The notes below the pieces were generated by a model. That model did not search any database. It was given only the letters and a program-made list of their open reading frames with translations, and was not told the DNA's origin. From Vairimorpha necatrix (lineage: Eukaryota), in NCBI GenBank assembly GCA_036630325.1, contig CP142734.1:744001-808000 (forward strand): a stretch of DNA of 64,000 nt, written 5' to 3'. Position 1 is the first letter of the stretch, and each line of letters begins with the position of its first letter. Positions 1 to 11,630 of this stretch are shown here, in pieces. A program made the position numbers and the translations under genes.

Positions 1-813
1 TGTCTGTGTAGACTTCTATGTAAGATCCCTGTGTAATTTTTCTAAAGTGAATCATTGATAGCAATATTGAGAGATACTCTTTTTCTACTATTGTATAGTT
101 AAGTTCCGGTCCTCCAAATTTTTTGCTATAATAGCCTATGATTCTATCTTCTTGGTACAATACACTTCCCATTCCCAACTCACTAGCATCGCAGTTGAGT
201 TTAAATTTCTTTTTAAAATTGGGAAAACATAATTTATGATTTTGGCGGATATGTAGTTTCATCCTTTCAATCTCTAATTTCATTTCTTGGGTGAGTGCTT
301 TGTTTTTGTTTTCTTTCTTTAGTAGATCACTAATTGCATGTAGTTTCATTGACAAATCAGGTAGAAATTTCCTGTACCAGTTCATGACTCCTAATAGTTT
401 TTGTACATCTTTTAGTGTTTTGATTTCCTTGTAGAAGATTTTGTTTTCTAGATAAGACTGTTTTGGGTAAATTCCATCACTTTTTACGACGTATCCTAAT
501 ACTTCTACTTCTGATTGAAAGAATTTTGATTTTTCAAAATTAATTTTAATGTGGTGTTCAAATAGTCGTTGAAGTACTTGTAATAGGGTCGCAGTATGTT
601 CTTCTTTGGTCTTGTTGAAAATAATTATGTCGTCAATGTACACAAAGATGTTACTTATTTCTTCTAGCATGTTTGAGATTTTTCTTTGGAAGATTTTCGG
701 GCCCGGTTTTATCCCAAAAGATATTCTTTTATATTGGTATTGTTTTCCTAACAAGAAAAATGACGTGTACTTTTTGCTATTTTCTTCTAAAAGAATTTGG
801 TTAAACCCATTTT

Positions 814-2553
814 TTAAATCAATTTGACTAAAATATAAATTTCTCCCATGAGTGTAATTGAGTCTTCAATATTTGGAATGTTCCATATGTCGTCTCCAAT
901 GTATTTGTTTATCTCTCGATAATCTACGACCAGTCGTAGTTCATTAGTCTTCTTTTTTTCCTTGAAAAAGGCCGGACTCGTGATATGTGATTCGCTTTTC
1001 TCTATTATGTTTTCTTTAAGTAGTCTATTTACTTCGTCTTTGGCCCTTTCCAGAAATTTAAACGGAACGCTGTAATTTTTTGGCTTCATATTTTTCGGTT
1101 CCTTTATTATTTTAAACTCTACTTTTAAGTTGTTAATGTGACTAAAATTGTTGTTGTTCTGTTGGTAAAACTTTAAATATTTAATTATTTCATCTTCTTG
1201 AACGACACTACATATATTGTCCATTAACCTATCCTCTAGTATTTCGTCGATGTTTTTTCTCGCATTTTTTAGAACTACGATGTCGTTATCCAGCACGATT
1301 GTACGATCCTTATAATTTAAAATAGCATTGTATGAAGTAAGAAATTCGTTTCCTAACAAAAATTCTATCGGTGCATTGTCTAATATCTTAAAGTTAATAT
1401 GGTAATTTTTTCTGTTTGGTAGAGTGACGTTGATTAAAGCTTGTTTGCTTATGATCCTGTGAGTACCATCTCCAAATGTAGTTCTTAGTGGCTTGCAGTC
1501 CTCTACTGATAGATCAAGGCTTTTTATTACATCACTTCGTACATAGTTGCGGTGTGATTCAGAATCGATTAATAGATTTATGTTGTTTCCTTGGGTAGTA
1601 CCTTCTAATATCAGTTCTAAGGGTTCATGTTCGTTCTCTTCACGTAATATCATTGTTTTGTTTTCTTTTTCCTTAATGCCTTTATTGTTGTTAAGGAAAT
1701 AGCAATCTTTACTATTGTGGGTATTATTTCTATGGTGAGTGCACCATTTAGTACTTGAAAGTGGAGCTTTAGTTTGGGGTGTTTTTTGAGGTAGCATCAT
1801 TTTCTTACTTCTCTCACTATGCACTAAGAGTCCCGATTCTATTCTTTCTAGGTGAAGAATAATCTCTCGTAGTGTTTTATTGTGTATCCCGGCTTTATAT
1901 AGTTCCATGTCGGTGTATGGCTCTAACCCTCGTAAGAAGATTTCTTCTGTTCTTCTATCAGTTTCGACTTTGCTCATGTGTCCCAGAAAGCTATACACCT
2001 CGAGATCTTTGGTTATCTTATTGAAGTATTCTTTCACAGTTCTGAAGTTACTCTGCTTGATGTTCTCCAGTTTATTTAGGTATAGTCTTTTGTTTTTAAG
2101 GGGATACTTGATAGCAAGTAATTCCTTTTTCAGTTGCAAGTATGAAGTACTGTCTAGTTCCTCCTTGTAGTATTCATCTAGTATGAGGCTATAAGCAATT
2201 AGTCCCATCTGTGAGTCATTCCAGCTATTACATTTAGATAAGTGTTCAAATCTTTTAAACCATGAAAGCTCTAATTCTTGTCGTACGTCAAAGATTTTCT
2301 TAATTCTTTCTTGAATTTTTTCTTCAGTTCCAAGAACCTGCATGGTGAACTGGGCGTATTCATCACTTCTGTGTTTATCTGAGTTGTTTGCACTTGTTGT
2401 CGTTGAATTCAACTTGAGGTCGTGCACAGGGATGTGTCCCGTCCTGAGGTAGTTCTCTAGGATGCTGTGGCACTTGGATACATCGATCCCTGTAATATAA
2501 TCCTTAGTTGGAAAAGATTTATTTATTTTCTCTTGATTGCTCTTGAAAGGCAT
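814..2553 (-). CDS. Gag-protease-RT N-terminal polyprotein, frameshifted within RT
   Basis: 579-aa ORF with CCCC immediately before the ATG; motifs as in the element entry. Confidence 0.85.
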   Translation of the reverse strand: MPFKSNQEKINKSFPTKDYITGIDVSKCHSILENYLRTGHIPVHDLKLNSTTTSANNSDKHRSDEYAQFTMQVLGTEEKIQERIKKIFDVRQELELSWFKRFEHLSKCNSWNDSQMGLIAYSLILDEYYKEELDSTSYLQLKKELLAIKYPLKNKRLYLNKLENIKQSNFRTVKEYFNKITKDLEVYSFLGHMSKVETDRRTEEIFLRGLEPYTDMELYKAGIHNKTLREIILHLERIESGLLVHSERSKKMMLPQKTPQTKAPLSSTKWCTHHRNNTHNSKDCYFLNNNKGIKEKENKTMILREENEHEPLELILEGTTQGNNINLLIDSESHRNYVRSDVIKSLDLSVEDCKPLRTTFGDGTHRIISKQALINVTLPNRKNYHINFKILDNAPIEFLLGNEFLTSYNAILNYKDRTIVLDNDIVVLKNARKNIDEILEDRLMDNICSVVQEDEIIKYLKFYQQNNNNFSHINNLKVEFKIIKEPKNMKPKNYSVPFKFLERAKDEVNRLLKENIIEKSESHITSPAFFKEKKKTNELRLVVDYREINKYIGDDIWNIPNIEDSITLMGEIYILVKLI

Positions 2554-2617
2554 GGGGTTAAAAAATTATTTCTTTTTATATTTTTGAGGAACAAAATATT
2601 TGAAAGATGATTTTACG

Positions 2618-2820
2618 TGTGGTAATACCACAGCAACAAAAGTATAGTTGACCAAACATGACAGTTTAGGCCCTAATTACATAACTAGGCCTTTGCCCGC
2701 TTCCCTGTCAAATCTCAATTATTGTGTTGGTCTCGCCAAATGCCTGTCAAAACACACTTCATTCCTTGGGCAGGGCAAGTCTCAGTATGCACCTAGGCTT
2801 GTCCCCTGACAAATACCACA
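2618..2820 (-). repeat. 5' LTR (203 bp) with TGTGGTA...TACCACA termini
   Basis: Inverted terminal 7-mers, located 65 bp upstream of the gag ATG. The partner LTR is outside the window. Confidence 0.7.
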
Positions 2821-2871
2821 GACCATAAGATCTTTACCCGTGATATATATGATAATAACAGTAAGAAAATT

Positions 2872-3872
2872 ATCTAAAGTGCACTATAGGAATATTTTTT
2901 AAATTGGGGTTTTTTATTTTTTTTGCCCCTTTTTTTGAAAAATGGAGGAAGGAATCAAAACAAGAGAAGAATTAGAAACTATATATAATGAACTGATAAG
3001 AGAAAAAACAATAAATATTTGTGATCAATGTGGAGGTAAAATACGTAAAGTAAGTAAAAAGTAGTATTTATTAACTTGTACTTGGAAGGGATGTCGAAAG
3101 ACAATTTCTATTTGGAATGACTCTTTCTTTAGTAATTCTAAACTTTGTCATTTACTAACATTACAAATACTTAATCTGTGGATTCTTGGGTATCCCAGTA
3201 AGTATATTTGTCAAATTTTACATTGTTCGAAAAAAACTATATCTACTGTATTAAAAAAAACTAAAAGAAATGAACATTTACGATAAGTATTTGTCATCGA
3301 TGACCATTATTGGCGGAGAGGACATAATAGTAGAAATTGATGAGACGAAGATAGGAAAAAATAAAAACCACCGAGGCAAGCTAGTGAAAGGATTTTGGTG
3401 TTTTGGAATGATCGAACGTACAATGTGGAACGTAAAATATTACTAGTACACATCAAAAAAAAAGATAAAGCAACTCTAACAGAACTTTTATTAAAATATG
3501 TAAATACAAAAAGTATCATACTTAGTGATATGTGGAGAGCCTATAATTCTTTAGGTACTTTATTTAGCCACCATATTGTTAATCATACATTACACTTTTG
3601 AGACCCAATCACGGGAGTTTATACCAATACCATAGAAGGTAATTGGCGTTCCCTAAAAAATTCTATACCTAATAGAAACAGATCAGCCAATAGTGCAAAA
3701 CTATATCTGTTTAGGTAAATGCTTCAAAGAAATTCTTCTACTATAGTCTTTGCTGCTTTATTAAAACTTTTATTCTACTTGTTAATTTTCTTTCTTCCTC
3801 CATTTTTCAAAAAAGGGACAAAAAAAAATAAAAAACCTAGTTCAAAAAATATTCCTATAGTGCACTTTAGCC
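2872..3872 (+). mobile_element. Merlin (IS1595/ISXO2-like) DNA transposon, frameshifted transposase
   Basis: ~80-bp TIRs starting ctaaagtgcactataggaatattttt; 8-bp TSD agaaaatt (2864-2871 and 3873-3880); VEIDE, SDMWRAY, VNH and TNTIEGNW motifs. Confidence 0.92.
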
Positions 3873-3956
3873 AGAAAATTCATAATGTCTTGTTTGGAAA
3901 TTCACCATCATTTTAGACATATCCAAGTCAGGGTATTTGATAATAAAAATATAAAA

Positions 3957-6900
3957 TGTTAGGGTTGAATCCCATATTAAATAAATGTATAACATGGCGA
4001 ACACAAAAGACGAAAGGGTAATAAGTGAGACCCGTGTTCAAGAGAACAGAAAATTATTAAAAGAAGCTAAGAGAGTAGAAGCAATCATCAGAATGCAGGA
4101 AGATGTAAAAGATGTGACAACGAAGCAGGCGATAAAACAAGTAAGTACTGAACTTCAGAAATTATTGATAAAAATTTAATCAGTATGATAAATTGGAATG
4201 ATATTATTGATGAAATTGATAAATTAGTTGTTGAAGAGGAAGAGAATGAGAACAAGGAAAAAATAAAGAGGAGAGAACTAGAAGATACGGTAGAGGTTAT
4301 GAAAGAAAATTTAAGAAGAGAGAGATCAAAGGAGAACTGACTAGGAAAGTAGCAGTGCCAGGAAGACACTTTCAATATAAAAGACGAGAAGAAAAACATT
4401 GTTTTATATGTGGAAGAATTGGACATATAGCTAGAAGTTGCATGGAGCGTAAAGGAAGACAGGAAGAGGATAATGAAAATAAAAGTGTTAAATTTTTTGG
4501 CATTTTTGATAATAGAAAATGAAATTATTAAAAGGAAATGATTTTAAATTAAGACTACTAGTGGAGGTAGAAAGAGAGAACTCAAGAAACAGTTTTTATG
4601 TGGAAAATACAAACCAAGATAAAAGGAGAAAAAATATTAATAAATTAGAAGAATTGGAAGGAAAATTTCCAGAGGTATTAGGAAAAGACGAAGGGAGAAT
4701 AAAATACTTAAAAGGGGGAAATGTTTTATCAAAACAAAACAAGGCGTGAAAGTAGCTAAAAAGGGACAAAATATTCCTTATAATCTCCGAGAAAAGTCAG
4801 AAAGTATATTAATTCATTAGAAAGTAGAGGTATTATTAGAAGGACAAAGAGCGAATGGAGAAGCCCAATAAGGGCCATAGAAAACCCAAATGGTGAAGTA
4901 CAATTGAGAAGCAATTTGAAGGCTTTAAGCGAACTGGTTGAAAAGGATCCATATGAATGCCACCGACTAGAGACATTATTAGGGCCACGAAAGTTTTTAA
5001 AGTATTTACGATTATAGACCCAAAGGAAGGATTCTATCATATAGAAATTGAGGAAGCTCACAAACATAAGATAGCTTTTGAGATAAATGGTAGAGTATAC
5101 GAATGGAATAGCATGGTAATGGGATTTAAAAATGCTCTCCATTTTATGCAAAGAGTGATGAACGAAGTTTTAGATAAGTTTAGAGGCAAGGGTGTTGAGG
5201 TGTACATGGATGATATTATTATTCATGCAAGAGATAGTAATATACACGATAATTTATTAGAACAAGTAATTCGAAAATTTAATGAATGTGGATTAAAAGT
5301 AAACTTAAAAAAGATACAATATAAATTAGGAGAGGTAAAACTACTTGGAGTAACAATTAACGGAGAAGACATTAAACCAAACGAAATTAAATAGCAAGAG
5401 ACATTAGAACACAGAAGGCTTAACAACATAAAAGAGCTTAGAAGATTTTTGGTGTTGGCAGGCTGATTTAGAGATTTTATCCCCATTATGCTTATCGGAC
5501 AGCACGTCTTACAGAAGCACTAAAAAAAGATGTTAAATGGGAATGGTCCGTGATATGGAAAGAGCTTTTATGGATATCAAAGAGGGTTTAAAGGATATGA
5601 AAAAATTAAAAATAGTAGATAGTTAAAAAATATTTAGAGTAAGAACGGATGCATGCGAATCGGGAATTGGAGCCATACTATTGCAAGAAAACAAGGAAGG
5701 TGGATTCCGATACAATGGGCATCAAAAATGTTGACACCAACAGAAAAAAAGGCATACGATTAATGGAAAAGAGATGTTGGCAGTGTTATTTAGAATAAAG
5801 AAATTCGAGTCAGATTTGCGAGGAAGAAAATTTCATTTAATGACAGATCATAAAGCACTGGCCGAGATTAGAAACAAACCGTTTTTCAATAATAACAGAA
5901 TCAATAGATTTGTAGAATATATACAAGAGTTCGTTTTACTAGTGAATATGTAAAAGAAGAATTAATGACGGAATGTGGATGCTCTTAGTAGACAATTTGA
6001 AAATAACGAAGTGAAAGAAGAAAGCGAAAGAGAGAAACGAACAAAAAAAACAGATGAAAGGGAAAGAAATAAAGCGCATGGTTAAAAGAGAAGGTAAAAA
6101 CTTTTGGAAGTTTTCAACAGGGGAAATTAAAGAAATACTACACAAAGAACTAAAAGAGACAGAAATTCGTAGAGTTCATGAAGAATTAAATCATCAAGGA
6201 GTTAAGGGAACACATAATAAGATTAAACAAAGATGGTACTGGCCAGGTATGAAGGACCAGATAACCACAAAGCTAAAACATTGTAGAGTATGTAGTATGG
6301 ATAGCAGAAAAACGACCGGAGGTTGCAATTTTGTAGCAACATTCAAGAAATTAGAAAAAGTAGCAATAGACGTAATGGATATTGGGGGAAAAGAAAGATA
6401 CGTGCTATTAGTGATTGACTACTTTACGAGAAGAATATGGGGCGCAAAAATGGAAAATAAGGAAAGTGATGTTATTACGAAAATTTTAGAAAAATAGATA
6501 AAGGAAGATGGATGCCCAGATGAATATATTACGGATAACAGTAAGAAATTTGTCACTGTAAAGTTTGTAACTTAATGTAAAGAAAATGGAATTATGCAAC
6601 AAAAGTAGGTTTAGAAGCTCATAGGAGCAATGGAAGAATAGAACGATGTATTAGAACAATAAGGGAATCAATGATCAAACAAAAAGAAGGAAACCCAGAG
6701 GGAAAACTAGAACAAGCTGTAAGAACCTATAATAACACTCTACACACAGCGATAAAATGTACACCAATGGAAGCATTGAAGGACCAAGGATAAAAGGTCA
6801 TTATGGAAAATGATGAAAAGGGTGTGTATGCAAGTAAGTTTAAACAAAGGCATAGAGAAAAATTTGAAGTAGATCAGGTTGTGAGAATCCCAAGGAGAGA

Positions 6901-7135
6901 AAATTTGGGTTAAGAGATGAAAAGTATGAAAGGAAGACTTACAAGTGTTGGTAATATAATGGGAAAGTGTGAGAATAATTCTTATATTGTAAGGACTGAT
7001 GGCAAAAGATACATTAAGAAATGACATTATGACCTAAAAGATTATAAAAATGGAAAATTAGAAGCTTGTAACGTGAGACTACCGGCCTGGAGGAGGAGGT
7101 TGGGGTCGAACCCCCTATTAAATAAATGTATAACA
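3957..7135 (+). mobile_element. Degenerate mini-LTR Ty3/gypsy element (38-bp LTRs, no protease)
   Basis: LTRs 3957..3994 and 7098..7135 (5 mismatches); TSD taaaa on both sides; PBS tggcgaacac at 3995; purine tract before the 3' LTR; CFICGRIGHIARSC knuckle, YMDD, RNase H and integrase fragments with many stops and frameshifts. Confidence 0.9.
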
Positions 7136-7396
7136 TAAAATAAACAATGACATGAAAATGTCACAACAATTATTATATAAATATTTATAGAAAATAATGG
7201 ACGCAATCAATAATTCTTTAGTGAAACGAGAAAAGATGATTCAAATACATCTGTAACATTACATGCTTATTTAAAATTATTTGTTTATTTCTTTGCCTCT
7301 ATAATGGATTAAAAAGTAATGATACTTCTTATCGTCGATTTTAAAAATAACATTTAGTATCCCCCTCAATTTAACGAAAATGTTCATCATTATTCA

Positions 7397-7660
7397 TGTT
7401 GTTGGCTATATCAGATTTACTTGTCATTGAAGGCTTAAGTACCTTCCATGAAATTGTAGTTTGATTATTGTCATCGCTCGAGATGTAATGTACAAACATA
7501 GAAAAGTCTTTCATGATGAATTCCATTAATTATGCCCAAAACAATTCTTCATTTAAAACCAAATCTTTCGAATTGCTCTCTCATTGATAACATAGGCGAA
7601 AACGGGGCAAAGACCAACGTACTTGAATTAATGATGATAAAATTGGGAAGTACAACAAAA
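7397..7660 (+). mobile_element. Diverged LTR, PBS-like site and gag start; remnant related to the element at 7869
   Basis: Shares ggcttaagt..cttccatga and ...ataaca followed by taggcgaaaacggg, and encodes KTNVLELMMIKLG versus KTNTLEAKMEKLG. Confidence 0.65.
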
Positions 7661-8618
7661 AATACAAATGAAGGGCAAAGCAAGAGCGAGCTCAGTAGAG
7701 CAAAAAGTGATCAGTTTAAAGGTCTAAACAACGATTTATATTCAGAAATATATTAAAAACAACAAATTAAGCATTTTTTTTGATAATGAAAGTTTCCTCA
7801 AGTGTTACTTTCAAAAATTATTGAGAAATGAAATATTTTCCCAAGAAAATCAAAATGCTCTCAGAGTGTGTTACCGGATATGAGAGATCCGCTTATCATA
7901 TGGCTTAAGTTTCTTCCATGACACTATTGTTTATTGTTTGTTTGTTTCCTAATATCTGTTGACGTGTGAACAAGCAAACATACAAAAGTATTTAAGAAAG
8001 ACCCCTGAAAAGGGTATGCCAAATAAAATTGTTTCCATTAAAACTAAACCTTCTCCTGCTACCTGCGCTCATGCTAATAACATTGGCGACAACGGGATCA
8101 AAACTAACACACTAGAAGCGAAGATGGAAAAACTGGGAGTTACAACTAGCGAAATGTTATATTTTCAAGGAGAAATTGTGAAGGATGCCTGGATATGGCT
8201 AACCCGATTCGCTTACCTTGAAGGAGAGTGGAAAGATCAGAAGCTGATGAAGTACTTATGAGATTAGGCACTATTATGATACGAAGCCATGATTGAAGAT
8301 ATAAGAAACCTACGCAGACTTAAAACAGAAATTCCTTAACAAGAATTAGAATGAAGAGCTGAGATAAGGTAGCAACTCTGTAAAAACGTTTTATAAGAAA
8401 CTGTATACTGGACCGAAGTCGCAGAACTCCAAAGACTTTGTTTATGGATTGATCAAGCTAAATAAAAAGGCTAAAATTACCGTTACTGAGATTATAGAGT
8501 AATAATCTAAATACTTCCCATTATCGTTAAAGAAACAAGTGGAGGAAGCTACATCGTGGAATGAACTATTAAAGATCTACAGCAACAATATTTATTGTGG
8601 CGCGCGAGCGTTGACCCC

Positions 8619-8862
8619 GTGCAAGCGTTGACCCCCTAGGATTTCCAGCTTGTGCAAGCATTGACCCCTAGTAAATGCAACCCCGTGCAGGAGTTGACCC
8701 TTAGGATTTGCATCCCGTGCAAGCATTGACCCCTAGTAAATGCAACACCGTGCAGGAGTTGACCCCTAGGATTTGCATCCCGTGCAAGCATTGACCCCTA
8801 GTAAATGCAACACCGTGCAGGCGTTGACCCCTAGGATTTGCATCCCGTGCAGGCGTTACCCC
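8619..8862. repeat. Subterminal array of 8 cores (gtgcaRgMRttgacccctag, 32-33 bp period) with two alternating linkers
   Basis: Read directly from the sequence; the core is the inner part of the TIR. Confidence 0.9.
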
Positions 8863-8921
8863 ACCTTTCAGAAAGCCCTGTCTAATTTACTTCTTTTTTA
8901 AATATATAAACGCACTTGTTT

Positions 8922-8981
8922 GGATTCGAACCCGCGGCCCATGTGAAAGAAACAAACAGCATACCACTCGACCATGGCATA
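8922..8981 (-). promoter_or_regulatory. tRNA-type Pol III A box and B box inside the Ginger-like element
   Basis: Minus strand reads TGGTCGAGTGG (8974-8964) and GGTTCGAATCC (8932-8922), 31 nt apart; conserved in the copy at 55988-56039. Confidence 0.7.
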
Positions 8982-9028
8982 CTATATAAAACGAAATAAA
9001 AAATAAGAAAATACTTACATAATAACAA

Positions 9029-10053
9029 TCATATATATAAAAGAATTTTATTTAATTTTTTGCCCCTCTTTTTTGTGACTTAGAAATTTCTAAACTATTA
9101 CTTTTGGTCTTATGAAAATATTATAATATAAAATAAGAACTTAATGAATGATTTTGACTATCGTAAGTGTGTATGTTATAAGTTGATACTTTTTTGTTTT
9201 AATTATAATTTTTGTAAAACTCAGTTCCAAAATATCGTCAGAATCGTTTTTTAGAATTTATTTAACCCTTCCAGGAAAAATTGCAAAAATAATTGACAAA
9301 AGAAGAAATTGAATGTAAGTGTCGAAAAATGAGCTTAGAAGTTCCCAAAATTATCTCATCATAATTATTAAATGTTTTTAGCTAAACTTTACTCCTTATA
9401 TATTACTAAAAAGTATTTTTCAAAACGTACAATTTCTTTTTCTTATTCAAACCAAAAATGGAAGATCAAAAAAACAAAGGAGAAAGTAAATGCCATAAAC
9501 AAAATAAATAAATCCCGTTTTCAAAACGGGAAAGCATACGCTAGTCATATATATAAAAGAATTTTATTTAATTTTTTACCCCTATTTTTTGTGATTTTGT
9601 AAACTTTAAACTTCTTATTATAGCTTATTGTGTCATTGTAATATCAAATATAAACTCATTGAATGATTTTGACTATCATAGGTGTGTGTACTGTATTTTA
9701 ATACATTTCCATTATAATTCTTTGTTTTGTAAAACTCAGTTCCAAAATATCGTCAGAATCGTTTTTTAGAATTTATTTAACCCTTCTACGAAAAATTTTA
9801 AAAACAATTGACAAAAGAAGAAATTGAATGTAAGTGTCAAAAATTGAGCTTAGAAGTTCCCAAAATTATTTTAATGAGACTCATAAGTGTTTTAAACTCA
9901 ACTTAATCATTTTATGTCACTAAAAAGTATTTTTTATGATACATGTCGTTCCTCTGTCAAATTCAATCATCTTTATCAAAATTTACCGAGGCGGGACATA
10001 ACATAAAACTAAACATTTAGATCCCGTTTTCAAAACGGGAAAGCATACGCTAG
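9029..10053 (+). mobile_element. Two head-to-tail non-autonomous Helitrons (9029..9544, 9545..10053)
   Basis: 5' TC, 3' hairpin tcccgttttcaaaacggga followed by CTAG, inserted at A|T with no TSD; ends shared with the RepHel element at 34420. Confidence 0.92.
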
Positions 10054-10088
10054 TTGATAAATAAAAAGATTTTTTTATCCAATTAAAA

Positions 10089-11386
10089 ATGATTCTTCCT
10101 TCCAGAAATGCTAGTGAATACAGTAATTTAAAATTAGTTTTACTAGGCAGGGACAATGAAGTTGTTTTAGAAAAGCAACAAAAAAAACGGTTGAAACAAA
10201 AAGCTAGTAATTATCTTCTTATAGATGGGGCACTATATTTAAGGGACCAGGCTAATGGTAACCACCTCGAGGTTTTTCATAGTGAACAGCTTGGGGTCAT
10301 GGAAGTGGAATGTAGAGCTTTCCACCAGCTTCATCACAGGGGCGTTAACCGATTCGAAGCATCATGCAATAAGGTTTTTTTTAAAATTCCTAGGGACATT
10401 ATAAGAAAAATCGTTTCCGAATGCATCACATGTGGACAATCACAACCGTTAAAAAATAAAGAGCGCCAATTACATATTACGGCCTCTAAACCGATGGAAT
10501 TAATTATGATCGATTTAATCGATATGACACGCTATAGAGGTTTAACGATGGGTATTGTTGGATTTTAACAATAATAGATGTGTATTCTAAGTTTGCCTGG
10601 GCCTTTCCATTGAAAAGTAAAACAGGTGATGAGGTTTTAAAAAACCTTAAATTTTTATTTTACAATATGACTGGTCCGCCCAAGATCCTTCAAAGCGATA
10701 ATGGAAAGGAATTTTGTAATTCTTATATAAATAATCTTTGTTTTGACCTTTTTATTGTTCAAAAACATAGTAGGCCCCGTCACCCACAATCAAACGGGCA
10801 AATAGAAAGGTTTAACCAAACTTTAACGCGAACAATACAAAAACATGTATTTTAAGAAAGTCTGTTTGCCGTTGACAATTCTAAAACTGAAGAAGAAAAG
10901 GAATGGCTGAAACATCTAGATAAAGTAGTTTACAACTACAATTTGGCCAAACATAGTGCGACAAAGCAGGTCCCGTTTAATTTATTCTTAAAAATACCAG
11001 GATTTAATTCTGTTTATACGCAAGATGAGAACGAGTCTATAGATGATAGCTTAAAAGAAATTGAAATGATACTCGAGACAGAAAATAAAAGAGATTTGTC
11101 GAATGGTGTTTTTAATGAGCAAACTGAAACTGGTTCAGTTGATCCAAATTACCTTGCAAGAATGGATCGTCATTCATTGGTTCATATCTCAAAATATACT
11201 TTTGAAATTGGTGACAAAGTCATTGTAGCTAAAGACTTTAATAATAATATCAAAACAAAAAAACTAAAATTATCTTCTTTTTTTAAAGAAGTTAAGATTA
11301 TAAAAATTCTCTCAAACAACAGAGTGAAATGTGAAACTGAAGAAGGAACTCAAATTTTCCCCATGTCAAGACTTAAAAAACTATAA
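10089..11386 (+). pseudogene. Retroviral-type (rve) integrase/transposase of the Ginger-like element, disrupted
   Basis: HHCC zinc motif (HQLHH...CITC), MIDLIDM, LQSDNGKEF and SNGQIERFN, split over three ORFs. Confidence 0.88.
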
Positions 11387-11630
11387 TTAAAATTCAATTT
11401 TAAAATTTTTTTGTGTTCTTTTTATTTCTTATTTTTTTACGTCTTTTTTTTTGGGGGGGGGTCAACGCTTGCACGGGGTCAACGCTCGCGCGCCACATTT
11501 ATTAATCGAGACAGTAAAAATTCGAAACGAAAACTCAAAGCAAAAAGCGAGGAGTTCACTTTCTGATATGAAAAATAAAACCAATAACACTAAGAGAAGG
11601 TTAGTATGTTACAAGTTGGGGGAGAACACC

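Larger units (their letters stand above)
1..2820 (-). mobile_element. Ty3/gypsy LTR retrotransposon, 5' part (LTR, gag, protease, RT, RNase H); runs off the window start
   Basis: ORF 814..2553 has a knuckle-like WCTHHRNNTHNSKDC, a degenerate protease site LLIDSESH and RT RLVVDYRE. After a frameshift near 830 the minus strand reads VYIDD (~628-642) and LNCDAS (~182-199). The LTR lies at 2618..2820. Confidence 0.93.
8596..11497 (+). mobile_element. Integrase-only DNA transposon (Ginger-like)
   Basis: Perfect ~40-bp TIRs tgtggcgcgcgagcgttgaccccgtgcaagcgttgacccc; 5-bp TSD tttat; encodes only a retroviral-type integrase, with no RT, gag or LTR. Confidence 0.9.

Noticed and set aside
8619-8862. 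CRISPR-like repeat-spacer array
   Set aside because: The linkers are only 12-13 bp and alternate between two types, the core is part of the TIR, there are no cas genes, and the context is eukaryotic.
8912-8985. tRNA gene on the minus strand
   Set aside because: A and B boxes are present but the acceptor and T stems do not pair.
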